A stretch of 47,854 bases of DNA from a virus (IMGVR_UViG_3300033076_000881:1-47854), one strand, 5' to 3'; shown: positions 28,974 to 37,008, counted from the stretch's first letter. Notes: generated by a model not told the origin, from the sequence alone. Numbers and translations: made by a program.

Positions 28974-28988
28974 GGTAACAAGTTAACC
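28974..28988. promoter_or_regulatory. 15-bp imperfect palindrome, copy 1 (candidate operator)
   Basis: GGTAACAAGTTAACC, identical to 32058-32072. Confidence 0.55.
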
Positions 28989-29246
28989 TATCAACTTGGC
29001 GAGATCAATAGCGTCCTTCTGCTGTTGCGGGAGAAAATCATAGGCGGCGGCGGTCATGGCTTCACGCAATGACGCGCCTTCCCCTACCTTCCAGCACGCA
29101 CTGTTTCCAGAAAAACTCTCGCGCGCGTTGCCATTAAAGCGCGGGTCGGCGAGCCGCACACGCCACTCGCCGCTGGTGCTGGACTGGATGTTCCAGACGA
29201 GCCAGCCGCCAGCCTCAACCTGGGCGATGATCTGCTCGACGGTCAT
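28983..29246 (-). CDS. Hypothetical protein
   Basis: 87 aa, GAGGTG RBS, ATGA overlap with the helicase stop. Confidence 0.7.
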   Translation of the reverse strand: MTVEQIIAQVEAGGWLVWNIQSSTSGEWRVRLADPRFNGNARESFSGNSACWKVGEGASLREAMTAAAYDFLPQQQKDAIDLAKLIG

Positions 29247-30604
29247 CCCAGCATCACCTCAAGCCCTGGCGTTGCGCCGGTGTCCAAGCCGCCCAGGTCG
29301 CGCGTCTTGCCGGCGATGATCTCGTTGATCGTCTCGTCGAAGCTGTTGGCCAGGGTCACGAACCGCACCGTGGTCTGTCGCGTCTGCCGCTGCCCCTGGA
29401 TCCGCATGAGCGCCTGGTAGTTCATCCACGGCGCCCAATCAGCCTCGAGCATGTCGAGCGCGGCAGAGGTGGACAGGTCGATCGCCACGCCGGCCGCCCG
29501 GATGTTGCAGATCACGAAGCGAAAGCGTGGATCGGCGGCGAACGCATCCTGGATCGCCGTCCGTTCCTTCTCGCTGGTGTCGCCGACGATCATGCCACCC
29601 CGCATCCCGTGCTTCACCAGCACATCATGCACGGAGCGCAGGACATTGCTGTGGTGGCCGAACACCACGATCTTGTCGAGCCCACCTTCGAGCTCGCCCA
29701 GGAGCGCGTGAGCGTAGGGAGCGGCCTTGGCCTCGCCGATCAACCGGCGCAGCGTCGCCATGTACGGCGCGTCTAGCATCTTCATCGACTGGCCGCTCTC
29801 GAGGGTCGTCTTGATCGTGTCGTCCAGGCCGGGGTGTTGCATCAGCAAGTCCCGCACCGGCTGGGCGTCGCCGTCGATCACCCAGGTCGTGCAGTACATC
29901 GGCGGGAGATCGGGGCGCACTTCCTCAAGCGTGCGGCACAAGCTGTTGTTGGCGATCAAGGCGCGGAGCTCGGCCAGCATGTCCATCTTCGGCGCCTGGG
30001 CCGTGCCGTACGTCTTGGGCCTGCTGTTGAAGTAGCGCCGGCTGAACGCATCCTTGCCCAGCGGCATTACGCCGGTGTGCCGCAACCAAGTGTAGATGTC
30101 GAGCGGGTCGTTGGGGCTCGGCGTGCCCGTGAGCCACCAGGAGTATTCGCCCCACATCATCGCCCCGCCGGCGCCATCTGAGCGCGGCCCGAGCAGCGTT
30201 TCCGTCCGCTTGCTCTCGGGGTTCTTCATCATGTGCCCTTCGTCAAAATGGACGAAGTGCAACGGCTCGCACCGATCATGTAGATAGGGCGCCCAGCGCA
30301 CCATCATCTCGTAAGACGTGACCAGCACGTCGAAGTGCCCGTTGGCCCAGGCGACGAAGTCGTGGATCGTCGAGCCTTTGGCCACCTTGCGGGTCTGCAA
30401 CTCGAAGCGCCTGAACTCCCGGCGCCAGTTCTCTCGGGCCACGGCGGGCACGACGATGATGCCGCGGCTGTGGCCCAGGAGATCCATAGCCCGAATGAGT
30501 TGCGCCGTCTTGCCGACACGGGGCCGATCGAACAGGCCGCCGCGCTTGCGCTGCGCGAGCCATTGTGCGCCGTGTTCCTGGTAGGCGTGGAGAGCCAGGG
30601 GCAT
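29243..30604 (-). CDS. SNF2-like superfamily 2 helicase
   Basis: LHAYQ, RVGKT, FDEGH, LTGTP.PN, AAGVAIDLS, QALMRI. Confidence 0.88.
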   Translation of the reverse strand: MPLALHAYQEHGAQWLAQRKRGGLFDRPRVGKTAQLIRAMDLLGHSRGIIVVPAVARENWRREFRRFELQTRKVAKGSTIHDFVAWANGHFDVLVTSYEMMVRWAPYLHDRCEPLHFVHFDEGHMMKNPESKRTETLLGPRSDGAGGAMMWGEYSWWLTGTPSPNDPLDIYTWLRHTGVMPLGKDAFSRRYFNSRPKTYGTAQAPKMDMLAELRALIANNSLCRTLEEVRPDLPPMYCTTWVIDGDAQPVRDLLMQHPGLDDTIKTTLESGQSMKMLDAPYMATLRRLIGEAKAAPYAHALLGELEGGLDKIVVFGHHSNVLRSVHDVLVKHGMRGGMIVGDTSEKERTAIQDAFAADPRFRFVICNIRAAGVAIDLSTSAALDMLEADWAPWMNYQALMRIQGQRQTRQTTVRFVTLANSFDETINEIIAGKTRDLGGLDTGATPGLEVMLG

Positions 30605-31168
30605 CTAGGCGTGCTTCTCCGCCCACAACGCCATCATCGCAGCCTCGGCACGATCAGGCCGCGGCACGACCTTGCCGGCCTGCGTCTCGTGCGGCCGATA
30701 GAACAGGTGTGCGTGCTGCGGAAAGAGATCCTGGGCTCGTGCCATCGCCCGAGCCTTGTCCTTTGGGGCCTTCATGTCTCGCTTCCAGGTGCCAGGGGCG
30801 ACCTGGATGACGGACTTGCCCATCATCTCGACCAACATGACAAGGCATCCGTATCCGAAGCCGAAGCTGAACATGCCGGACTGGCCGGGCATCTGCCCGA
30901 CCTTCTCGGCGACGATCTTGTCCACGCTGTGCAGATCGAACAGGCTGGTGACGAGCGTGCGGAGCCCGGCCCGGTCGATCATGCGGCGAGGCTTGCCGCT
31001 CACCTCGCCCATGATGACCGGCATGTCGTACACAGCCAGCGATGCCGGGATATCCGGGGCGGCCCACACGCCAGGGCGGGACGGTGTGCCAGACCGCCCC
31101 GTGACGCCCGGGGTCCACAACGCAATGGCGCCGTCGAGCCCCGGGTCAATGCCGATGTAGGTCGGCAT
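30605..31168 (-). CDS. RuvC-like Holliday junction resolvase
   Basis: YIGIDPGLDGA, AEKV, MFSFG.GYG, P.TWK, DRAEAA. Confidence 0.85.
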   Translation of the reverse strand: MPTYIGIDPGLDGAIALWTPGVTGRSGTPSRPGVWAAPDIPASLAVYDMPVIMGEVSGKPRRMIDRAGLRTLVTSLFDLHSVDKIVAEKVGQMPGQSGMFSFGFGYGCLVMLVEMMGKSVIQVAPGTWKRDMKAPKDKARAMARAQDLFPQHAHLFYRPHETQAGKVVPRPDRAEAAMMALWAEKHA

Positions 31169-32040
31169 CAGCGGCCGAGCTTGGCGAACGCCTGGGCCGC
31201 TTCCCGAAGCTGGGCTGCCCTGAAATCGCACTCCGTCATGTAGAGCCTGGCCTGCTCGGGCGAGATGCGCAGCCGGCCGACCTTGCCGTTGTGCCAGTTC
31301 GACAGCGTACCGCGACTGACGCCCAGCCGGCGGGAGAACTCGGCATCGTTCAGCGCCAGGGCGCGGGCGAAGGTGACGACAGCCTGCTGCGCGCCTTCGG
31401 GGCCTGGCGGGCTAGGTTCGGCCGCACTCCGGACAGGAGCGGCCGGGCTCGACGGAGGGGCCGCCGCAGTCTCGGCAGACGTAGCGGGCAAAGGGGGCGC
31501 GGGCGGCACCGGCACAGGCGGGGGCGGCGGGGGAGGCACCAGGACGACCGGCTCCACCTCGTCCACGATCTCGTCCGGGATCGCAGCGTCGGCGAAGTCC
31601 GTCTCGCTGCGCGCCTCGGCCACGGCGGGCGCGATGGCAGCGATGTCGTCGGCGACGATGCCGACCTTGGCCAGCCACTTGCCGCGGTTGACGGGCAGCG
31701 GGGCCTTGTAGGCGTCCCTGGCGGCCTTGGCGATCGCGTAGCCGCTGGCGCCTTCGTACACCATCGGGGCGAGTGCCGCGCCCATGCCGGCGTGCAGATC
31801 GGGCAGCGCATCCACCAGCGTGGCCAGATCGACCGGGTCGCCCATCATGTCGGCGAAGTCCCTGATCTCGGCGAACTTGGCGTCGATGGCCGCGCCGAGT
31901 TGAGTGGTGTGATGATCGAGCACGGCGCGGACCAGCAGCGCCTTCGGATCCTCACCTTCCACCATGATGCTCTCGGCTTCACGGATGACGGCGCGCTTGG
32001 CCGCATCGTCGAGCGTGCCGGGATCGAACTTGAGTTCCAT
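31168..32040 (-). CDS. Protein with Pro-rich linker and C-terminal XRE-type HTH
   Basis: NDAEFSRRLGVSRGTLSNWHNGK; start taken at MELKFDPG. Confidence 0.7.
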   Translation of the reverse strand: MELKFDPGTLDDAAKRAVIREAESIMVEGEDPKALLVRAVLDHHTTQLGAAIDAKFAEIRDFADMMGDPVDLATLVDALPDLHAGMGAALAPMVYEGASGYAIAKAARDAYKAPLPVNRGKWLAKVGIVADDIAAIAPAVAEARSETDFADAAIPDEIVDEVEPVVLVPPPPPPPVPVPPAPPLPATSAETAAAPPSSPAAPVRSAAEPSPPGPEGAQQAVVTFARALALNDAEFSRRLGVSRGTLSNWHNGKVGRLRISPEQARLYMTECDFRAAQLREAAQAFAKLGR

Positions 32041-32057
32041 GCGTTGGGGGCCTTTCA

Positions 32058-32099
32058 GGTAACAAGTTAACCATACAACGTGCACAGAAAGCGGGTCAA
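32058..32099 (-). promoter_or_regulatory. Sigma70-like promoter overlapping 15-bp operator-like copy 2
   Basis: Minus strand TTGACC-N18-TATGGT running into GGTTAACTTGTTACC. Confidence 0.55.
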
Positions 32100-32389
32100 G
32101 GGTATCCGATGACATTCCGTGCGCGCTGAACCATCGGCGACACCGGCGGCCTTGGGGTGTGTTGTCCATGCCGCAATGCGAGTTCGACGACCGCAGCTTG
32201 CATGGCTTCAACCAGCATGGGGGCCAGCCCGTTCGCGGCGGCCGTGTCGATCAGACCGGCCAGGCGATCGATCGTGGCGAAGGGGTGGGGTGTGTCTCGA
32301 GGGCAGGGCGACGCGTCGCCGTAATCCCAGACAAGGCCGCACGTCATGCAGCGCACGTCGCCGGATACAGTTCGCACAGCGTCACACAT
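32096..32389 (-). CDS. Hypothetical protein with Cys cluster
   Basis: GAGG RBS; C..CMTCG..W...C. Confidence 0.6.
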   Translation of the reverse strand: MCDAVRTVSGDVRCMTCGLVWDYGDASPCPRDTPHPFATIDRLAGLIDTAAANGLAPMLVEAMQAAVVELALRHGQHTPRPPVSPMVQRARNVIGYP

Positions 32390-32513
32390 GGGCGCCTCTC
32401 AGATCGGGGTTTGTCAGTCTGCGGGCCGGGACCGAACCCCGGCCTTGATTGCGTCTTTGCGAGCGTGGCGGCTCTAGCTTCCGGCTCCTAACGGCGACGC
32501 CGCAGATTGGGGT

Positions 32514-32738
32514 TTACGAGAATAGGTGCGGGTGGTTCGCCCGCGCCACGTAGGGCAGCCACGGTGCGCGGACGGTGGCGGTCAGGTTTCCGAGCCGGAA
32601 CATGACCGCGTTGGCCAGCCGGTTGCGTTGGAAGAAGCGCCGCCCAGGCAGCACCGGGGGCGTCCAGGCGAAGCGTATCAGCGCCGCTTTCGGAAGGCGC
32701 TTGCGGACGGCGGCGGGGATCGGATCGTCGGCAGGCAC
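32514..32738 (-). CDS. Hypothetical basic protein
   Basis: AAGGAG RBS before GTG; 74 aa. Confidence 0.55.
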   Translation of the reverse strand: MPADDPIPAAVRKRLPKAALIRFAWTPPVLPGRRFFQRNRLANAVMFRLGNLTATVRAPWLPYVARANHPHLFS

Positions 32739-32768
32739 GGGCCGCTCCTTATCTCGGCGATTGCTGGA

Positions 32769-32981
32769 CTAGGCGTCGGCGTCTTCAACGGCCTGGGCGC
32801 GTGCCGCCATACGGGCGCGGGCGATGGCCCGGAGTGAGCAGAGCGTGAACGCGCCGTCACCTTTGCGGGCCAGTTCGGCATAAGTGGTGTAGGGGGCCTC
32901 GCGGATGCCGCCCTCCATATACGCCTCCGCAAGCAGGTCGCGGTCTGCTTGCGTGATGATGCTGTTGTCTGGACGTGGCAT
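32769..32981 (-). CDS. Hypothetical protein, first gene of the leftward operon
   Basis: GGAGG RBS, MPRPDNSII start, just downstream of a promoter. Confidence 0.65.
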   Translation of the reverse strand: MPRPDNSIITQADRDLLAEAYMEGGIREAPYTTYAELARKGDGAFTLCSLRAIARARMAARAQAVEDADA

Positions 32982-33012
32982 GTCGGCCTCCAAGGCGGGG
33001 GTCTGCGAGAAA

Positions 33013-33041
33013 ACAATACCATTTGCCACGACAAACCGCAA
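33013..33041 (-). promoter_or_regulatory. Leftward sigma70-like promoter
   Basis: TTGCGG-N17-TATTGT on the minus strand. Confidence 0.65.
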
Positions 33042-33051
33042 GCGGTAGATT
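33023..33051 (+). promoter_or_regulatory. Rightward sigma70-like promoter, probably giving a leaderless mRNA
   Basis: TTGCCA-N17-TAGATT followed by 6 nt and then ATG 33058, with no SD. Confidence 0.65.
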
Positions 33052-33057
33052 GCGGCC

Positions 33058-33258
33058 ATGGATGACAAAATGCTCCGCGAAAACCTTTTCGTCAGGGTGC
33101 CGACAGGCACCAAAGCCAGGATCGACGCGGCCAGGGGCCACGAGCCGCAGGGGGCCTGGCTGCGCCGGCTGATCCTGGCCGCGCTGTCCGACAATCGCGT
33201 GGAAAAACCGAAACGCGCACTTGCCAAACCGCTAGCACGACAGAGAGGCACACGATGA
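33058..33258 (+). CDS. Ribbon-helix-helix (Arc/CopG-like) regulator
   Basis: LFVRVP.GTKARIDAA......AWLRRLILAAL beta-alpha-alpha pattern. Confidence 0.7.
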   Translation: MDDKMLRENLFVRVPTGTKARIDAARGHEPQGAWLRRLILAALSDNRVEKPKRALAKPLARQRGTR

Positions 33259-33656
33259 CAGACAAGCCCATGTGCCCGCATTGCGCCGACTACGTCGGCA
33301 AGTGTCCCTATTGCCACTCGACGCAGCCCTTGCCGCCCCCGCATGTGGACGACATCAACGATGCCGTGTGGCGCGGTATTGAGCGGGACATGCGGGCTGG
33401 GCTGTGCTGGGCGTGCGGGGTGAGGTGGGGAAGCGGGCACATCAAGGGCTGCCCAGAGGGCGACGACATGGCGGTGGAGCTCGACCGCGCCGCCGCAGAG
33501 ATCGACCGCGCCGCCGCAGAGATCGACCGCGCCGCCGCAGAGATCGAGCGGCTTCGCGGCTGGCTCGCCTACATCGAGGGCAACCACAGCGAGCACCGCG
33601 AGGCCGCGGCCCGTGCGTTGGCGGGTGAGACGCTGCCGAAGGGGTACGAGCCATGA
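33255..33656 (+). CDS. Hypothetical Zn-finger plus coiled-coil protein
   Basis: CPHC, CPYC, CWAC..H...C; (I/L)DRAAAE x3. Confidence 0.65.
   Translation: MTDKPMCPHCADYVGKCPYCHSTQPLPPPHVDDINDAVWRGIERDMRAGLCWACGVRWGSGHIKGCPEGDDMAVELDRAAAEIDRAAAEIDRAAAEIERLRGWLAYIEGNHSEHREAAARALAGETLPKGYEP
33481..33547 (+). repeat. Perfect 21-bp tandem repeat, about 3.2 copies
   Basis: TCGACCGCGCCGCCGCAGAGA x3 plus TCGA. Confidence 0.95.
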
Positions 33657-33877
33657 GCGCGGATAAAACGACCGACGCCTGGGAGCCGATCAGCACGGCG
33701 CCGTGCGACGACACCTGGGCGATGGTCCGCTGGCGAGACGGTAGCGAGGGCATCACGGACCTCGACCACGACAGCGACCCGGCATGGTGGGAAGAGCGTG
33801 GCGCGACCCACTGGCGCGTGCCGACCGAAGCCGAACTAGATGCGTTCTTCGAGAGGTGGGGTGATGAAGCAGCCTGA
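33653..33877 (+). CDS. Hypothetical protein (WxPIxTAP...THW, DUF551-like)
   Basis: WEPISTAP and ATHWR motifs; ATGA overlap. Confidence 0.7.
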   Translation: MSADKTTDAWEPISTAPCDDTWAMVRWRDGSEGITDLDHDSDPAWWEERGATHWRVPTEAELDAFFERWGDEAA

Positions 33878-34106
33878 CGCACAAACGACGACCCCGACGC
33901 CGCATTGGGTCTGGAATTCGGACACCTTCGCCAGCCTCATGCTCGGCCGGGTGCAGCTTGCTCAGATCAGCCGCGGCGCGACGACATGGTCGTGGACCCT
34001 GTTTTTCTGCCGGTCCGACGAGCGATCTTTCTACGGGGCCAAGGACAAGGCGGTGGCGATGGAAACGGCAGAGGCTCACGCCCGGAAGGTGCTGGCAGAT
34101 GCATGA
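33864..34106 (+). CDS. Hypothetical protein
   Basis: GAGGTG RBS; 80 aa. Confidence 0.6.
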   Translation: MKQPDAQTTTPTPHWVWNSDTFASLMLGRVQLAQISRGATTWSWTLFFCRSDERSFYGAKDKAVAMETAEAHARKVLADA

Positions 34107-34173
34107 ACCAAAGCCGACCGCGGAAACGACGACTTAAGCGCCCCGGCCACGTAGCAACCAGGGCGCCCATGCG

Positions 34174-34461
34174 TCACTCGCCGCGCGCTTTGGCGATGGC
34201 GGCGCGGATCTCCTCCGCATAATCGTCAGCACGAACCTTGCGCGGGTTGCCGGAAAGCGTGCAGACCATGTTGCACAACTCGGCGATGCGCTGATTGGCG
34301 ACATCGAGCGCCGCCAGCATGTCGGGCGCGGCATTGGCGCGACGCACCAGCTCACGTAGATCCTGGCCCGATGTCTCGTTGGTCGGGTTGTCCTGCGCGA
34401 TCATTCGGCCATCGGCCTTGACAACGCCCTGACCGTCGAAGCTGTAGCGGATGCGGTTCAT
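34174..34461 (-). CDS. Cassette-array gene 10, hypothetical
   Basis: ATG 4 nt after the 13-nt leader; ANAAPDMLAAL...AAIAKARGE phage motif. Confidence 0.8.
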   Translation of the reverse strand: MNRIRYSFDGQGVVKADGRMIAQDNPTNETSGQDLRELVRRANAAPDMLAALDVANQRIAELCNMVCTLSGNPRKVRADDYAEEIRAAIAKARGE

Positions 34462-34498
34462 GGTCGGATCTCCTATCCGGTTCGGTGCTAGCGGAATG

Positions 34499-34551
34499 CT
34501 GGCATCCGTTCGAGGATCACAGTCGCCCATGATCCTCTAGGCGGGTGTCAG
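34499..34551 (-). ncRNA. Intergenic structured repeat H1
   Basis: CTGACACCCG-CCTA-GAGGATCATGG-GCGA-CTGTGATCCTC-GAA-CGGATGCCAG. Confidence 0.7.
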
Positions 34552-34805
34552 TCGCCGACTTGGCGAACGTAGATCCACACGTTTCGCCCCGCCGTTGTGC
34601 CGCGGTCGCCAGGCACGGGGCGGCCAATGAACGCCTCGAATGTGTGGCTGCGGCCGTTGGGCGTCCAACAATCCAGGCGCATGGTGCGACAGAAGCCGGT
34701 GCGACCGTATTCGCGCGCTGCCTGTCGGTTGGCGAATATTTCGGCTGCTTCACGTGCGCTATCGGCGCGCACAGGCCGGAACCCGTCAGAAGCGAAAAGC
34801 GTCAT
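34548..34805 (-). CDS. Cassette-array gene 9, hypothetical
   Basis: Leader-preceded ATG; stop codon lies inside H1. Confidence 0.8.
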   Translation of the reverse strand: MTLFASDGFRPVRADSAREAAEIFANRQAAREYGRTGFCRTMRLDCWTPNGRSHTFEAFIGRPVPGDRGTTAGRNVWIYVRQVGD

Positions 34806-34830
34806 GGTCGGATCTCCTATCCGTTCGAGG

Positions 34831-34938
34831 TTAGCGGCTGGCCAGGTAGGCGACACCAGCCGAGAGGATCGCAAGGCCGGCGCCTACGGCCAGGGCCGCC
34901 CATGCGAGATGAGCGATTGCATCCTGCACGAAAATCAT
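34831..34938 (-). CDS. Cassette-array gene 8: 35-aa single-TM peptide, not in the ORF track
   Basis: MIFVQDAIAHLAWAALAVGAGLAILSAGVAYLASR; GGGGA RBS and TGACCCATG junction; fills the gap between neighbours. Confidence 0.7.
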   Translation of the reverse strand: MIFVQDAIAHLAWAALAVGAGLAILSAGVAYLASR

Positions 34939-34941
34939 GGG

Positions 34942-35364
34942 TCAGTCCCCCAGGCAGAAATAGATGCGACCATCGGCGCTGGGATAGATATTCGACGGGA
35001 TCTCGCCGCGGCCCATGCGGGGTTCCGCTTCCTCCCAAAATGCCGCCGCATCTAAGGGTTCCGACATGTCCACACCATCCATGCCCATCTCGCCCATGTC
35101 GCAAGCGATGTACTGAAAGAACAGGGCGTTGCACTCGTCAGGCGACAATGCGTCAATCTCGGCATCGTCCCAAGCGCCAAAGCCGCGCATGTAGTCGCGC
35201 AAGGCGTCTAGCTTCTCGGGGGTGTCCAGAAGCACGGTGCGCTTGGCTTCCTCGAGGCTGGCGGCCCATGTGCGCGGCCCTGCATCCGGCCCATGCGTCG
35301 CCACGCTGCCGCTCAAGGGCCAGGTGTCAACGTTGAGCACAAAGTCTGTGATGTCGATTTCCAT
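34942..35364 (-). CDS. Cassette-array gene 7, acidic hypothetical protein
   Basis: Leader-preceded ATG; Asp/Glu-rich, 140 aa. Confidence 0.8.
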   Translation of the reverse strand: MEIDITDFVLNVDTWPLSGSVATHGPDAGPRTWAASLEEAKRTVLLDTPEKLDALRDYMRGFGAWDDAEIDALSPDECNALFFQYIACDMGEMGMDGVDMSEPLDAAAFWEEAEPRMGRGEIPSNIYPSADGRIYFCLGD

Positions 35365-35389
35365 TGTCGGATCTCCTATCCGGGTTGCA

Positions 35390-35448
35390 CTGGTAGTCAT
35401 TCGGCGAGCACAAGCCAGGTTGCCCATGCTCGCCTAGGTGACTGTCAG
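35390..35448 (-). ncRNA. Intergenic structured repeat H2
   Basis: CTGACAGTCA-CCTA-GGCGAGCATGGGC-AACCTG-GCTTGTGCTCGCC-GAA-TGACTACCAG. Confidence 0.7.
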
Positions 35449-35828
35449 CGATACCAGTAGGTCACGTCACCATAATCGACAGACGAATAATCCATGCGCA
35501 ACTCCCGCGCAGCCTCCTTCCAGTCTATGCACGTGCACGGCCACCGTGCATCATCCGGGATCGCGCCAATATCTTCGGCGAGCTGACGCGCATAATCCTC
35601 GAAATAGTCATCTCGAATAATCGATACCGGATACCACGCGCCCTCCCATTGGTGATCGCCGCCGTTGCCGCGGAGATCTTCCAAAAGGCTATCGAGCGTG
35701 GCGAGTTCATCCTGCAATCCGTCATCGTCCGGCCCATCAAGGAAGGTGATCTCACCGCGCAGCTCTTTAACGCGATCCGTGATGTCGCGCACGTCGATTA
35801 TGTGCGCTGTGTTGCTGATGTCTATCAT
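35445..35828 (-). CDS. Cassette-array gene 6: acidic ArdA-like antirestriction candidate
   Basis: FEDYARQLAEDIG.IP...IDWKEAARELRMDY resembles the ArdA C-terminal domain; very acidic. Confidence 0.55.
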   Translation of the reverse strand: MIDISNTAHIIDVRDITDRVKELRGEITFLDGPDDDGLQDELATLDSLLEDLRGNGGDHQWEGAWYPVSIIRDDYFEDYARQLAEDIGAIPDDARWPCTCIDWKEAARELRMDYSSVDYGDVTYWYR

Positions 35829-35860
35829 TGTCGGATCTCCTATCCGTTGTCGGTGCCGGG

Positions 35861-35913
35861 CTGGCCTCCGTTCGGCAAGCACGGTCGCCCATGCTTGCCT
35901 AGGCGGGTGTCAG
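35861..35913 (-). ncRNA. Intergenic structured repeat H3
   Basis: CTGACACCCG-CCTA-GGCAAGCATGG-GCGA-CCGTGCTTGCC-GAA-CGGAGGCCAG. Confidence 0.7.
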
Positions 35914-36143
35914 TCACTCAAACATAGCAAGGAAACCGCCGGGCCACCTATCTCAATATCGTTTGGCATGGGCCAGGGAGTGACATCCACCCATGCGTTG
36001 CAGCACCGGCACTCGGCGCGCCACACCTTGCCGCCCGACGCGAGATTGAGCTTGCGGAATGGCGCCATATCGTGCCCGCGACCCACCGCGGCCTTGCGTG
36101 CTTCACGACGCAAGCGTGTGTCCTTTGTGCGCGTTCCGGTCAT
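35910..36143 (-). CDS. Cassette-array gene 5, small Cys/His protein
   Basis: Leader-preceded ATG; GH...CRCC...C. Confidence 0.75.
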   Translation of the reverse strand: MTGTRTKDTRLRREARKAAVGRGHDMAPFRKLNLASGGKVWRAECRCCNAWVDVTPWPMPNDIEIGGPAVSLLCLSD

Positions 36144-36170
36144 GGTCGGATCTCCTATCCGTTGTGGGTG

Positions 36171-36437
36171 TCAGCGCGACGGCGCGGTGAGGAAGGCCCA
36201 GCACGCCGCGCGCTCCGCCACGTTGCGATAGACGAACCCGAGATACCGGCGCCCATGCGCGGCATCAAATATCGGCTCGATAACGAGGCTCGCGCCCCGC
36301 GCCGCGGCCTGGATCGCCTTTTGCGTGGTGGGCGCCGTGGTGTTGTCCACCGACTTGACCTTGCGGAGTTTGGCGCGGTCAAGCCAATCCAACAGGTCCG
36401 CAGGGCCAACATACTGGCCAACTCGCTCAATCGTCAT
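36171..36437 (-). CDS. Cassette-array gene 4, hypothetical
   Basis: Leader-preceded ATG; 88 aa. Confidence 0.75.
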   Translation of the reverse strand: MTIERVGQYVGPADLLDWLDRAKLRKVKSVDNTTAPTTQKAIQAAARGASLVIEPIFDAAHGRRYLGFVYRNVAERAACWAFLTAPSR

Positions 36438-36448
36438 GATCGGATCTC

Positions 36449-36661
36449 CTATCCGTTGCGCGGCACAGCTACGCCGTGCTGCGTGGTGATGGTGTCACTG
36501 CCGGGCTTGGCCCACCCATAGGCGAAGGCGCGCCCATGCTGCGCTGCAGCCCGTTCGGCCGCCCGCTTGGCTTTCTCGACGCTGACATAGGAGCGCCAAG
36601 CCGGGATGCCGGGGGCGGGGAAGCCAAAACCGACGTCCCGGACGATGTATCGCTCGCCCAT
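36449..36661 (-). CDS. Cassette-array gene 3, hypothetical
   Basis: TGACCCATG junction; its TAG stop lies inside the next 13-mer. Confidence 0.65.
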   Translation of the reverse strand: MGERYIVRDVGFGFPAPGIPAWRSYVSVEKAKRAAERAAAQHGRAFAYGWAKPGSDTITTQHGVAVPRNG

Positions 36662-36664
36662 GGG

Positions 36665-36985
36665 TCAATCCTTCACGTAGGGGATTGCGTAGAGCGTGTT
36701 CATGTAGCGGCCGCGCGCATTGCGCAGGGTGATGTAAACCGCGCCGCGCCCATGCACGTTCTGGTCACTCTCAGTGTGAGTAAACCAAAAGTTGCCGCCG
36801 CTCCGCGCCCATGCCTTGCGATAGTTGGCAGGGAGGCACGACGCGATTGCGTCACTGTCGGGCTTCACGAGATCGCGTGTCGCCTTGCAGAGATGACCGG
36901 CATACATGGCCGGGACCGACTTGACCGGTCCCTTGACCATGCCGCGCACATGGCGCGAAAGGTGTAAGGCCCAAAGCGTTTCCAT
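36665..36985 (-). CDS. Cassette-array gene 2, hypothetical
   Basis: Leader-preceded ATG; 106 aa. Confidence 0.75.
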   Translation of the reverse strand: METLWALHLSRHVRGMVKGPVKSVPAMYAGHLCKATRDLVKPDSDAIASCLPANYRKAWARSGGNFWFTHTESDQNVHGRGAVYITLRNARGRYMNTLYAIPYVKD

Positions 36986-37008
36986 CTCGGGATCTCCTAT
37001 CCGTTGAA

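Noticed and set aside
32418-32506. Canonical tRNA gene
   Set aside because: It has acceptor-like and T-arm-like parts but no proper D or anticodon arms and no CCA. It is kept only as an unclassified structured element.
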